Notes: a model not told the origin generated them from the letters alone. A stretch of DNA of 64,000 nucleotides from Entomortierella parvispora E1425 (GCA_020891255.1 BQFW01000002.1:3720001-3784000), one strand, 5' to 3'; positions 34,406-46,657 are shown, counted from the first letter of the stretch. Program-made: numbers and translations.

Positions 34406-37298
34406 ATGCCGCCCCAGCCGCCAGAGGAGACCTCGGTCTTGAGCCATCGATCGTCCAACCAAGATCCAGAGTCGGGATTGATCTTGCATCCTCACCCAAA
34501 GGATCCCTTGGCATACACCACGTCGTCATCTGTTACCCAGGGCCTAGCGGGTCTGGGCTTGGGAGGTCTTAAATCGGCGCCGGTGCCCACCAGTCTTCGT
34601 CATGGAGCGACCTTGTCGATCGACTATAGTATGATGGCCCATCAGCCCTTTCAGCAGCACCATCAGCCATTGCATCCTGCTCGTCAACAAAACACACCGC
34701 AGCAGCAGCAGCAGCAGCAACAACCACAGTCGCTTCCACCACCACAGCAAGAACCACAGCACCAGCAGCAACAGCAACAACAAATGTTGATGAATGGGAA
34801 TGGTCTGAGCAATGGATATCATCATCACCACCACCATCACCACCACCCCTATTCGCCCTATGGAACGCCTTCACCCGTGTTTTCCAATTACTCGCCTATC
34901 GAGACCTTTCATTCGGCGCATGGCTCACCCATGATCCCAATCGTGAGCGAATACAAGTCCCCACCCGCATCACCTTCTATCGATTTGGCACATTTCCGAA
35001 CCGTGGCCTCTATAGCCAGCTCCTCTGCCGCTGCCGCCGCCGCCGTGGTCGCCACGACGACGTCCAACACGAGTGTTTTAAAGAACTGTCCAGAGGCCAT
35101 GTTCAGTAACAATCGTAGTCTGAGCGCCAGCAGTAGTACCACCACTAGTAGCAGCACAAGTCCTACCCTCAAAGCTCCACCACCTTATTCTCCTCCCGAC
35201 ACCGCCAACGGGTTTTATGGCGTGGGTCGAAGAGGTAGTGTGGTTGGCGGGATCGCCAGGGCCGCCGGTGGGGCCTTTGGTTGTGGTGTGGGAGGCACCA
35301 GTGAAGGTGTTGGCTTGATTTCCTCCTATGTGTCCATGTGGAAAAAAATATCCTGGGTCATCTTTACGATGGGCATCTTCTTGATGCCGTACGCGGTCCT
35401 CAAGGCCTGTTTTCATGTCCAAGTCTCTGCAGGCGCTTGGCAAACGTCCCTGACCTACGGTATGTTGATGGCGGTGGATTTCTTGGCCGTGATCACGTTC
35501 TCGGCCCTGAACCGCCGTCGCGTGAAACTGCGGGTGGAAAAACGGGATCCTCACTGGGTGGGACTCTCGACAGGGATCCTGGCGGTCGGTTATCGAGAGG
35601 ACCCGGTCCTGCTGGAGGGCTGTTTAAAGAGTTTGAAGGCGATCCGGTATGTGAGGAATCAGAGGGTCCTGTTGGTGGTCGACGGTAATGAGAAACAGGA
35701 CGAGTACATGGCCCAGATCTTTATGAAGGTCTTTGAGAAACAAGGCGCGGCTGTCTTCCGACCGGATTTCTTGTGCATGGACCGGTCGCCTAGTGACAGG
35801 GACCGTGAGGAATTGGTCCGACAGATTGCCTACCATCCCGGACCCGTCTGTGTGATGCAGCCCCATCGTGGTAAACGTTCGGCCATGTACACTGGTTTTG
35901 CGGCCTTGCAGCAACAGGGCATCGAGTCTGTGGTCGTCACGGATTCGGATACATATCTGGATCCAGCCGTCTGCAAAGGTAAAAAATACTCGGTTTTTTT
36001 GGAATGCCACCACGAGATCAGGAGTTGGAGCAACCCAAAAAAAAAAAAAAAAAAAAAATCTCGAGGGCAGATCCGGCAGAAGACTCTCAACTAACCCACA
36101 CGCGCCCCCTTTTTTTTTCTATCTCTAGAGCTGGCGTTTGCATTGGCAGAGTCGCCAATCGTTGGTGCAGCCACAGGAGATGTCAGGATCTACAACACAG
36201 GCACCTGGGTCAGTTTCTTGTCTTCCCTTCGGTACTGGTTCGCGTTCAATCTCGAGCGCGGTGCGCAGTCGTACCACAGTGTCGTCAATTGTGTGTCGGG
36301 TCCGCTCGGTATCTACCGGATGACGATCGTGGCCGATGTGATGGATGCCTGGGTCAAACAATCCTTCCTCGGCGTCCTCTGTACCTATGGCGATGACCGT
36401 CATCTGACCAACCTGGTCTTGCGTGAAGGTTACAAAGTCAAGTACTCGCACTACGCCATCTGTTACACCGACACGCCCATCCGTTTCATTGCCTGGGTGA
36501 CCCAACAGACCCGGTGGTCCAAATCCTTCTTTCGCGAAATCCCTATTCAATTGGGGTGCATGCACCTGCACAGTCCTTGGATGACCTACGCTTTGTTGTA
36601 CCAACTGATTTACCCCATGATGATGGTCTATAACCTGGTCAATTGCATTTATTATGGAACCGGCTCTCAGATCTGTTGGTGGTTAGTTTCAATCTCCTTT
36701 GTGGGCCTGATGAAGACTGCGTACGCTGTCAAGGTCACGGGCGAGAAGAAATTCTTCTTCACGACCATCTATGGGTTCCTGTACATGCTCGGCTATGTCC
36801 CGGCAAAGATCTATGCTGCCTTGACCCTCTACGATAACTCTTGGGGAACTAGGTAAGAAACCCTCGAGTCCTTCCTCCTTTCCTATTCGCTCGTTTGTTA
36901 CTCATCTCAAACTTCTCATTGTCCTGCCAAAAAAAAAAAAAAAAAAAAATAGTGCGCGTTTGATCCGCAACTTTACTCAACTTCAAAACTACCTGGCTCC
37001 ATTCACTTGGGGCTTGATCCTATTCTTCGGCGTCCTTCACGACCCAGCCCGGTACTGGCAGCATGCCCCCTTGCCCGAAGGTCTTCCACCACCGATCTTC
37101 ACGGACAAAATGATCTTCCAAGCCCTCTTGTTTTTCGGCTTTTCTTACTTGCTCGCCTTTTACTGGTTCTTTGTAAGGACAGGCATCATCACCCGAGACT
37201 ACAAACGGGACTTTTCATACGAGGAACTGTTTGAGAACATGACAAGTTATATATTAGTCGACGGAGGCAAGCGTAAAGTAGCCCGGTTCGAAGTTTAG
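34406..37298 (+). CDS. Class I hyaluronan-synthase-like processive GT2 glycosyltransferase, ~880 aa; exons 34406-35978, 36129-36852, 36953-37298
   Basis: VGYREDP, VVDGN, QPHRGKRSAMYTGF, VVTDSDT (DxD), GAATGDVRIYN, RYWFAFNLERGAQS, CVSGPLGIYR, TYGDDRHLTN, QQTRWSKSFFRE (QxxRW), and WGT|SAR across intron 2. N- and C-terminal TM helices are present. Confidence 0.92.
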
Positions 37299-37383
37299 AC
37301 ATTTTTTTTATTTTTTTTTTAATTTTTTTTTTTTTTCTTCATTGAATTTATTAAAAAGAAAAAAAAAAGGATCCATTTTGCTT

Positions 37384-40300
37384 CTAAACCCATGCCATGG
37401 GTTCGCTATCCCACTCGAGTGTGGTGTCGTAGGTTTCTCCAGGGACCCACATTCCTTCGGTATCATGGGTGACACCACCACGGGGGGCTCTCGCTCCCCG
37501 AGTTCCTCTTCCTCTCACAGCCCCTCTGCCTCTGACAGCTCCTCTCCTCGGAGCTGACACTCGGGTCGCAACCACAGCGGCATCCTGCTCCATGCCCTCA
37601 TCTGATTCCGGGCCACCTGGGATGAAATCCGGCAACTCCAAGGCAATGCTCTGTCCTCCGGATCCGTCCTCACACAGCTCCTCCACCAAGGCCAGGTACC
37701 GTTCCTTCAGCGCCTTCACATCTTCTGCCTTGGCCAAGAGCTTTCCGGCTGGCTTCGAGACCGTGTTATTCAACCAAAACTTCAAGAACAAGGCTACCAG
37801 TTTCTCAATCATCAAAGCCTCTCGATGACCTTCGATCGCGACCTCCTCCCGGACGTCACGCAACAGATACTCGGCCAGATCCAGGGCCAAGGACAGAGAT
37901 GGTCCCCAAACCAACGAATGCTCGTCTGTTGGGTCCGCGACAGCAATAAAGGCATTGGCCATCTGGCCTGCCACCCTTTGAACAGTCACTACAGCAACAG
38001 GTGCGGTCAAAGCCACCCTCATAAAGTCCAGGTAGACAAAGGGTCGCGTCAGCACAAACTTGTAGAAGTCGTCCAGCGTTTTCGCAATCTGCTCTTGGAA
38101 CAGTCTTTGGATTGCGGGACTGAGTGCCTTCTCGCTTGCTCTGGCATTGGCCGCTATAATACAAAGGGAATTAGGGGAAAAGAAAAAAAAAAAAAAAAAA
38201 AGGAAGAGAATCAGTGCACCAATACAAAAAAACGTTTTATCCAGCTTACAATGATTTTTACCTTGAGCCAAAGGTCCAAAGTATCCAGAGTACTTCCTAG
38301 CAGTTTCGTTCCAGCGATCGTCCACATCCTTCAAAGTTCTGATGGGCTTTGTGTCACCCTTGCAGGGTACCTGGTACCACAGCCCTTCCATGACATCGCG
38401 AGGCAAACTGTGCTGGACAGAAAACGTCGAAAAGTCCAACTTGTCAAGCTGGCCATTGATCACACTTTCGATAATAAAGACCTCGGCGGGGGTGATACCC
38501 TTCGCCGGCGAGGCCTGCGACTTCTGGCTTTCGCTCATCTTCGCGCCCTCCTGGATGGCCCTACGGCTAGAGTCGACAATATCCCGAAGTGAGAACGAGA
38601 GAGGCGTGATCCTGGATCCGTGATCCACCATTCGCTTATACAACATGGGTCCAACTTCAGTTGGGAAGAGCTTCGCCACAGTGTAATGATCTCCTGCCAT
38701 AATGGCTGCAGCAATCATTGAGTCAGGTCCCTGGGTCCATCCTGATTCCTTGGCGCGCTTCACGATGGGCGTCAAGAGGGTCAAAATCGACGCCCACACT
38801 TCCTTGGAAACGACGGCTGAACGAGTCGCTTTAGCCTTCGCATGGGATACCTCGACGTTCACTTTTTGGGCTATAACGCCGGCATGGGTCCAATAGAACG
38901 CAGGAGGGCCTTGGCTGGCTAGGCGCTCTACAAACGCGCTAATCTCTACCAACGGAATTCGACCGGTGCTCTGCTTCAGGATCATTAGTCCCAGGTCATC
39001 CAAGTGAACCCAGTCCAGCAACTCTTCACGGGGTTCCAAGATTGCCCGCCCAAGGAAAGCAAACAGATCCGCACTCTTGTTAACAAGGCTGTTTTGGATC
39101 CAGCCTTGAACCTCGTTGAAATCGGCAAGATACTTGTTACTGAGCTCGGCGATCCTAACCAAGATCCTGAAGGCCTCTTCGTTGATCTGAGTCGCAGTCA
39201 TGGAGTTCTGAGGCTTGAAGTTGAAGATCTCCCTGGAGAGCACAATGTTCCAGGTCACAGGTTCCAACGTCTTTGTCATGAGCGGCTTCACAATATCTGA
39301 CTGCTGGCCTGAGAAAGACCCTGCTGCTTGAACCTTTTCGAAATTGCTCAACAAAGCGTTGGATCCCAGGTTCAAGAGGCGGATGCGGTCTTCCATAGCC
39401 CGTTGACGAAGGGAACGACGCAAGGATCGGTCCAAAAACTTGTCTGCCATATCTTGAACTACACCTGCCAGCTCGTTCCAGGCCTGGACCCCATCTCCGC
39501 CATTTTCCAGAGCTCCCTGCGCCTCTTTGCCGACACAGAGCGAGATTCCTTGGACCAAGAGCATCCAGAGTTGATGTGGATCCTCCTCCAAAGAAATCTG
39601 AGCTGCCTGTTGACGCCAGTCCTTTGCAATTTTGACGGCGTTTCGGGGTGTGAACCAGTTCTCCGAGAGAATCATCACCTGCAAGGCAACAGTACGGAGC
39701 TGGACCAGGTCCACATCTTCAGCATCCTCACCGGCAAGAACCGCGCACATGGGGTAGAGCACCTCATCCACATAACGCTCGACCAAGCCATAAGGGATAC
39801 TGATCACCGCTAAATCTGCCAATGTCGCGCTCTGGACCTTGGTGCGAGACACGTTCAAGACCACTCGAGGAGCATCCCCAATGCACTTTCCGGAGGGCGA
39901 GACTGCCAAAAGGACCGTGGCAACGCCTGCCTTCTTGTACGCGCTCGAATGTGAGATTTCGCTCAGGTAGGACCAGATCCATTCTACAGTATCTTGGTAT
40001 CGCTCCTCCTTGCCATCGGGACTGGCAAGCAGACCGAGAAGAGACTGCAAGATCACAACTCGAACATCGGAACTCAGGTCCTTTCGAACCCACAGACCTT
40101 TGATCATGTTGGCAATCCTAGAGTCCCTCAAGAGCGACATATTTGCACAGGCAAGACGCACACCCTCCTTTTGAATCGTCACCTTCAACTGGCGTTTTCC
40201 TGCTGGAGGGAAGAGTGGAAGGATATAATCGGGTCTGTTCTCCAATGGCACGTACTTAAGAGCATTCTCCACCGCGTGGATCGATGTGCGGGCTAAGTGC

Positions 40301-43300
40301 GAATTCAGATAGACTGGTGCCAGCAAAATCTGGAGGGTAGACGCGGGCTCCCCCATGGTGGGCAAGTACATCAAAAGAGCCTCCACAATTCTTGAGGGAA
40401 GCGAAGGTGTACTCAAGGCCTTGGCGACATCCTCCACATTGGTCGAAGGTAGGGTGACAAAGGCTTGGGCATGTCGAACCCGAGTCGCGAAGGGGATCGC
40501 AGAGTCGGTCATTCCAACCAGGTGTCTGGCCTTCAGCAACTCGCACTGATGAGGCGACAATCTTGAAGGGGTCTTGATGAAGAAGTCCCAGGCCTCTGGC
40601 TCCTCGACTTGGTTGAAGACGCCAGGGATGCCCTTGGTCATGGAAAGGTGCTCATCTGACAACAGGTCAGGTCGATCACTTGTCACAAACTCTTGGACAC
40701 GCCTAAGGTGGATCGCAGAGGGCGAAATCTTCAGCAGATCCTCCATGAGAGTCTCGTGCAGCTGTGGAGCCTTCTTGCCGTTTGGAAGCTTGCAGTCATC
40801 CACGAGATCCACATACTCGTCAAGCGCATTAGAGGACCGAATTCGCAGTTTCCTGAACCGAGTGAACCAGGTCAAGCTATCCCGATGATCACGAAGCCAT
40901 TCTTCGCTGTAAACGCGGCCGACGCGTTCTACATATGAAGTTTCATCATAGTCATTATTCCAGTTGAGGACATTTTCGTCGCCAAAGGTTTCCTCCTCAG
41001 CCTTAGCAAGGTTATCGATGATCCTTTCCAAATGAGCCGCCAATGTTGGAGATTTTTTCCATCGCCAGCCCAATTCGGTGTGCATAGCACGGCAGGCGTC
41101 CCGGTAAACGCTGTTCTGGCATCTCCTGAACGTCTCAATGTCCTCCTCCTCTTCGTAGGGGTTCATCAGGCTCTTGACTGACTTCCAGCGAGAGTTAAAG
41201 ACGTTCAGTTTAGCTTTTACAAACGCTTCCTCTTCACCCTCCTTGATAATAGGTTGACCCCAGTCTCCACCCTCGGTCTTTCGAGTCTCCTCTTCCTTCG
41301 CCAGAACACGACGTCTCTCCATCTCTTGCTCCTCATCACGATCATTATCCGAGTAGTTGGCCTCGGTGACCATCAAGCTGTAATTGATCAAGGCCATGGA
41401 CTCGCCACGGGAAGCAACCTGACGTCTCCAGGGGATCTCGGAGCCGACATGATAGAAGGGATGATCAGGCCTGCCGACGAAACGCTTCCATGCCTCATTT
41501 GCAATCTTGTCCAAAAACCGAGTAATACCAGACACTGGTGTAATCGCGGCGGCATTCTATACGGTGGATAATAGGTCATGAGCAAGATGGAACGCAGAAA
41601 GAACGAAAAAAAAAAAAAAAAAAAAAAAAAAGATTGAGACTTACCCTCGAGTCCATGGTAAGATAGAGAGAAGCCAACTCTGTTGCCTGCTCCAGTGTCG
41701 CATTGTCCAAGTACTGCCTTGGAACACAGTTGTCGTCAGGCAGCAAATGCTTCGAGAGTGATTGGAGATTAGGCAAAATCTCATTGCGAATCCTAAAATG
41801 AAAGAGAAAATCGATTTGTCAGAAGTTTGTTGCCATTGGAGGAACTCAACGATGTGTTGCTGTGAGGATACTTACTTTGGGATGAGCCACTTCAAGGTCA
41901 AAAGCCATTCTTGAACACTGCCAACAGCTCGAGTTGCATTCAGAATGGCAACGATCCACTTGAGACGGTCCTCGAATGCTGGCTTGCTTGTTTCCTTGAC
42001 CATTAGCTCACGAACTTCCGGAATACGGATATCCAAATACGCAGCCCAGTTTGCACTGTTGTCACCCAGTTCCACATCCTTTTCCGTTTTGTCTCCAAAC
42101 ACTTGAGGGAAGACAAACTCATGACGGAGCTCAATGTTGGTGCACAGTGGCTCTAGAATAGGATACACTGCCTCTCCTTGGTTCTTGGACAAAAATGTCT
42201 TGAAACCTGGATGAGCCACTATCCACATCACAATATCGTCCCTCTGTGCGCTTGTCACGGAGGGGGCGATGGCCCTCAGATGGTTGATCCAAGAGGCATC
42301 GAGTTTGAAGGCCGGAACAGGCTCATTCAAGCAGCGCTCCACGACGTCCGCAAACACATCCTTGTTATCCCAGGCAGGGATGGAGCTGTATGGCTGTACC
42401 AAACCGTTATCCGGGATGTTATACACGCTCATATCCTTTGGTGCAAGCACTCGGAACAAAGTTTCCACTGCTAGGACGACAGCAGCATCAAGACGCGTCT
42501 TGTGTCGGATCATACCCTTGATTTGATCGTAGAAGACTTGACCAAGCGGAGGGAAAGACGCGAGTTGATTCCCAAGGAGAGGGGTCGTAAACTTTCGAAG
42601 AACGAGGGCTTCCAGAAGGATCTGGTTTGGATAGCTGGACTTGTAGCTTTGCATGGCGGATTGAATCACAAGAGCAATTAAATCCTGCAGTGTCTCGTAG
42701 AAGTAGGAGGCCGAGCTATTGCGGTCCTTGAAGGCAGAGCAACCAGACAGGCGCTGGACCAAGTTGCTAATGCCCTGAACAGCAAAATTGAAGATGTAGT
42801 CGATGCCGGGTCTCCCGAGGGTCAAATCGGATTCATTTTCGTCAATCATTGAAATGGCCCTCCGTATCAAACGATCAACAACAGGTCCACGGCAGCAGTT
42901 GAGCAAGCTGATTGGAGGCACTTGACCAGTCTTGAGTAATCTGCCGTCGCCTCCAGTCAAGATGTGTTGCATGTAGTCTTCCAGGAGAGCACCGTCATCA
43001 TCGCGGTGACACCAGTACCGAATGGCTCGTTTCGTGCTATGTAGGCCCTCAGGAATCGCCACATTGTACTGGTTCTTGCCAACTTTCCTGTACGATGTTT
43101 CCTTCAATACACGCATTGTACGCTCGGGATCATGCTGGAGGAAAGAAAATAGGTTGTTTTCAATCAGAAGTGCCAGCTTTGGTGACCGCTGCTCTGGGTC
43201 GGACGTCAACCAAGGGAAGAGCGGCGGGAATGTTTCTTGGAGCGTGAGCACCACGTCTTTGATGTTCTCTCCTGCTTCTGTAAGATTCGCCTTTCGTTGG

Positions 43301-44110
43301 TTCGTGACATCGATCAAGGTGTTGTATTCGTTCCAAATGCGTTCACGTCCATATTCCTTGGCTTTTGACAGATCATGGCGAAGACGCGTCGAGAGTGGCT
43401 TCTCAGGCGTAGTGGGCTATCAATGGAGAGAAAGAGCGAGGGTTGATGTTCGATAGATTAGGATCACATTCGTTTCAGGTCAGATATGCACGAATGCGAT
43501 GCGCTGTCCAGGGAAGTGCACCTACTTTTGCGGTTCGGGGTTTGCCCAAGAGGACGTATGAGAGGGCCTTGCGCTTGCATTTTTGAAGCGCCGAAACCAG
43601 GCTGTCGATCACGGCGGGAGGAGTGTCCTTGGCGGCGGCAGTAATCTCATCGTCACTGGCATGGAGTGCCAGGCTCTGGATAAGCATCCTTTTACCCACG
43701 GTGGATGGGTGACGCAGATTGGCCAGCAGGAGATCTATAGCCCCCTTCACGCCTAGTTGGGCCAAAGTCGTGGCCATGGCAATTCCTGTGGACCTTTGCA
43801 GATACCTGTTCGAGGCATTGGTCTGTGGGTTGAGGAGGAGCACGATGTCGATTTCGGGAGCAGGGTTGCCTCCCTCTTCTGTCAAGTCAGACTCCTTTTC
43901 AGGAGGGCGGCAGATGGGGATAGCCGAGACCAAGTTCTCGGTCACAAGGAGCTGGGTGAGCAAGGGCAGGAGCGCGTCCTTGTGGGTCGAGACTAGGCTC
44001 TGGATATAGATGGTGCGAGGGCGGATACGGTATGAGAGGAGCGTTTTCATATAGACGTCCTCGGAAGCAGGGAGCACGGGGGCATCCGCTGCCGAGATTG
44101 TGCTGGCCAT
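37384..44110 (-). CDS. Uncharacterised ~2110-aa Leu/Ala-rich, probably alpha-solenoid protein with an RG-repeat C-terminal tail
   Basis: Exons 44110-43526, 43416-41876, 41792-41645, 41556-38262 and 38153-37384 total 6339 nt, with phases consistent and all introns GT-AG. No family motif was recognised with certainty. Confidence 0.85.
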
Positions 44111-44291
44111 GGTGCTGATTCAATGAGCGATGGGAAGAAAGGAAAGGAAAGGGAATAATAAATGCAAGGACCTGAGGTAATCTTAATTCAGAGCGCGACG
44201 GCGTGTTCGTGTCTTTGTGCAAAGGGACGAAGGCGACTGAAAATAGACAACCAGGCGCGAGTCTCAGAAGAAGAAGAGCTGTTGGGACTGT

Positions 44292-44330
44292 ATGGATGGA
44301 TGGATGGATGGATGGGTGACTGACTGACTA
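44292..44330. repeat. (GGAT)n followed by (GACT)n microsatellite in a divergent promoter
   Basis: ATGGATGGATGGATGGATGGATGGGTGACTGACTGACTA read directly. Confidence 0.9.
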
Positions 44331-44743
44331 GGAGGAAAGAAGGAGGAGGGACTTCTGGAGGGAAGGAGAAAGGACAGCAAGACGAAAGGAGACCATGGCT
44401 CGTTTTTATATTCTTGGTCTGCCTTTAGTCTGGGCTGGGGTTGCAATGGCAGGACCGGTTCTTCTTCCTTGTCCGCGCCTCCAGAGGAGGACTGGTGCAG
44501 TCCACAGTCCACAGCTGCTGCCTCTTCTTTATCCCTGCCCTCTTCTCCTTCTCACGGTCCTCCATGGTTCTGCCTGCTTCGCCCCCACGCGTCCTCTGTC
44601 CAACAAAGGTGCCAAAAGAACCAGACCTGCAGATCATGTTGCCTCTTCGAGTTGATGCACGTGACTAAAACCTTGGGATTTTTGAAAGGACATGCATGCT
44701 TTTCCTCTCCATCTCCTCATCCCCCAGTCCACATTCACAGATC

Positions 44744-45535
44744 ATGCTTCCTGAAAACGCAGTAGGATTCATTCTCGGTAATACTCGCGTGAATGGTTGC
44801 ACCCTTGCTACTCTGATGCTGCATTATGACACGAAATGGAACCACATTTCCCTTGACAAATAACCAAATAACGGCTCGACTGAACAACCAAAAATCTTCA
44901 ATCTCTCTTTTGATCAGTCGCTCTCTGCTGGGGCTTTACGAATCCTTTCATCAAGAACGGATCAAAGGGTCTCGAGAACATCAAGCGCGATTCTTGGCTT
45001 TCTCAAGCTGCTGCCGAGTACTTTTACCTCTTTACGCGTTGGCAGGTAAGAAAGATTCGGGCCTGAATTCAGAGGCCAACTCGGCGCAATTGAAGACGAG
45101 TCAACAAGGAGGCCAGAGAATGTAATTGAGGATGCTGCAGCCTGGATGACAAAGCTTTAACCTGGTCTTTGATCCCCTGCTTACCTTACTGCTCTAGTAC
45201 GTTGTGCCATTGGTCCTGAACCTCTGTGGATCCGTTGTTTATTACCATACCCTCGGCAAGGCAGATCTGTCCCTGGCCGTACCCATTACCAACTCTCTTA
45301 CTTTTATCTTTACCACCTTGGCTGGTATTCTCCTGGGCGAGAGCATTGGCTCTCCACGTAAGTTTATGATATATATACCGACATTCATTTGATGCTGAAC
45401 AGATCCAGGCCAAATTAGTGGAACAACCTCGTCATTCATTTCCTAATGTTTTGTCTTGTTTCTTTAGGGTCCTGGCTGGGAATGTCGATGGTCGTCTTGG
45501 GGGTCGGTCTTTGTGTCCAAAGCAAGGCGCAATAG
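44744..45535 (+). CDS. TMEM234: TMEM234/UPF0546 small DMT-fold membrane protein; 4 exons
   Basis: MLPENAVGFILV|ALCWGFTNPFIK..W|Q YVVPLVLNLCGSVVYYHTLGKADLSLAVPITNSLTFIFT..LLGE..|GSWLGMSMVVLGVGLCV. Confidence 0.88.
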
Positions 45536-45726
45536 AGCGACACATCGTAGAAGAGACTCAAAGCCATCGATATTATAAAAAAAAAAATTGAATAATTTAA
45601 ATAGAGTTTTTTTATTTCTGAAATTTCGGTGGCGTGCATGAGAGATCAAGGTCCAGCATTTGCACCTTTTCTTGCATTCATTTCTTGCTTCAGCATCAAC
45701 AAGTCCATTAATCCATAACATCAACA

Positions 45727-46657
45727 ATGTCGACCGTCGTATTAGAAACCTCCATGGTAATAGAGCAGAACCAGTACTCCCGGACCCTTGCATGACGGAG
45801 TTTTCACTCGCCGGCTGGGACAGGATTCAACGCATTAAACGTCGAATGCTGACCTATTTACAACAACAACAATTAGGGTGAGATCACCATCGAGCTTTAC
45901 ACCGAGCACGCACCAAGAACCTGCAAGAACTTTTACGAGCTGGTATGCGTGTCAGGATATTGAACTTGCTGAAAGGCTGTCCTTAGGGAGCAAAGGAGAG
46001 AATAGCTTTGCAGAGATCACCATAATTTTGATATTAACCGACCTTCTCTTTATTCTTTGTTGATCCTATAGGCAAGAAAGGGCTATTACAATGGCGTTGT
46101 GGTATGTCGAATGTAGTCAGAATGTTGAATCAATGGCTCCGTTGATGCGGAGGAAATATATCCTTCCTGGAAAGCACCATGTACCAGTTACTGATCTAGA
46201 CATTTCTTTCAATAGTTCCATCGTATTATCCCTGATTTCATGGTCCAAGGAGGAGACCCAACAGGCACAGGACGTGGAGGCTCCTCGATTTACGGGTATG
46301 GGCCACAACAAGAAAACACTTGCAAACTTACATGTGTGTATGCTTATGTCTTGGCCTGACTATTGACCATTGATTTTTGACGGCGTCTTCTATAGCGACA
46401 AGTTCGCAGACGAATTCCACCCAGACTTAAAGCATACAGGAGCAGGTATCTTGAGCATGGCCAACTCTGGGCCCAACACGAACGGATCGCAATTCTTCAT
46501 TTCCCTTGCTCCCACACCATGGCTCGACAACAAGCACACCATCTTTGGACGAGTTTCCAGCGGTATCAAGGTCGTCAACAGGATGGGTCTTGTTGCCACA
46601 GATGCAAACGATCGTCCAAAGGAAGCCGTGCGTATCATTCGCGCTAGAGCGGAATAA
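45727..46657 (+). CDS. PPIL1: Cyclophilin-type PPIase, spliceosomal PPIL1 class; 5 exons
   Basis: [10 protein letters not shown]|[22 protein letters not shown]|[10 protein letters not shown]|[27 protein letters not shown]|[53 protein letters not shown]. Confidence 0.92.

Noticed and set aside
44395-44655. 86-aa ORF with a signal-peptide-like start
   Set aside because: It sits in the divergent promoter of the giant gene and TMEM234; no motif or splice support. It cannot be fully excluded.
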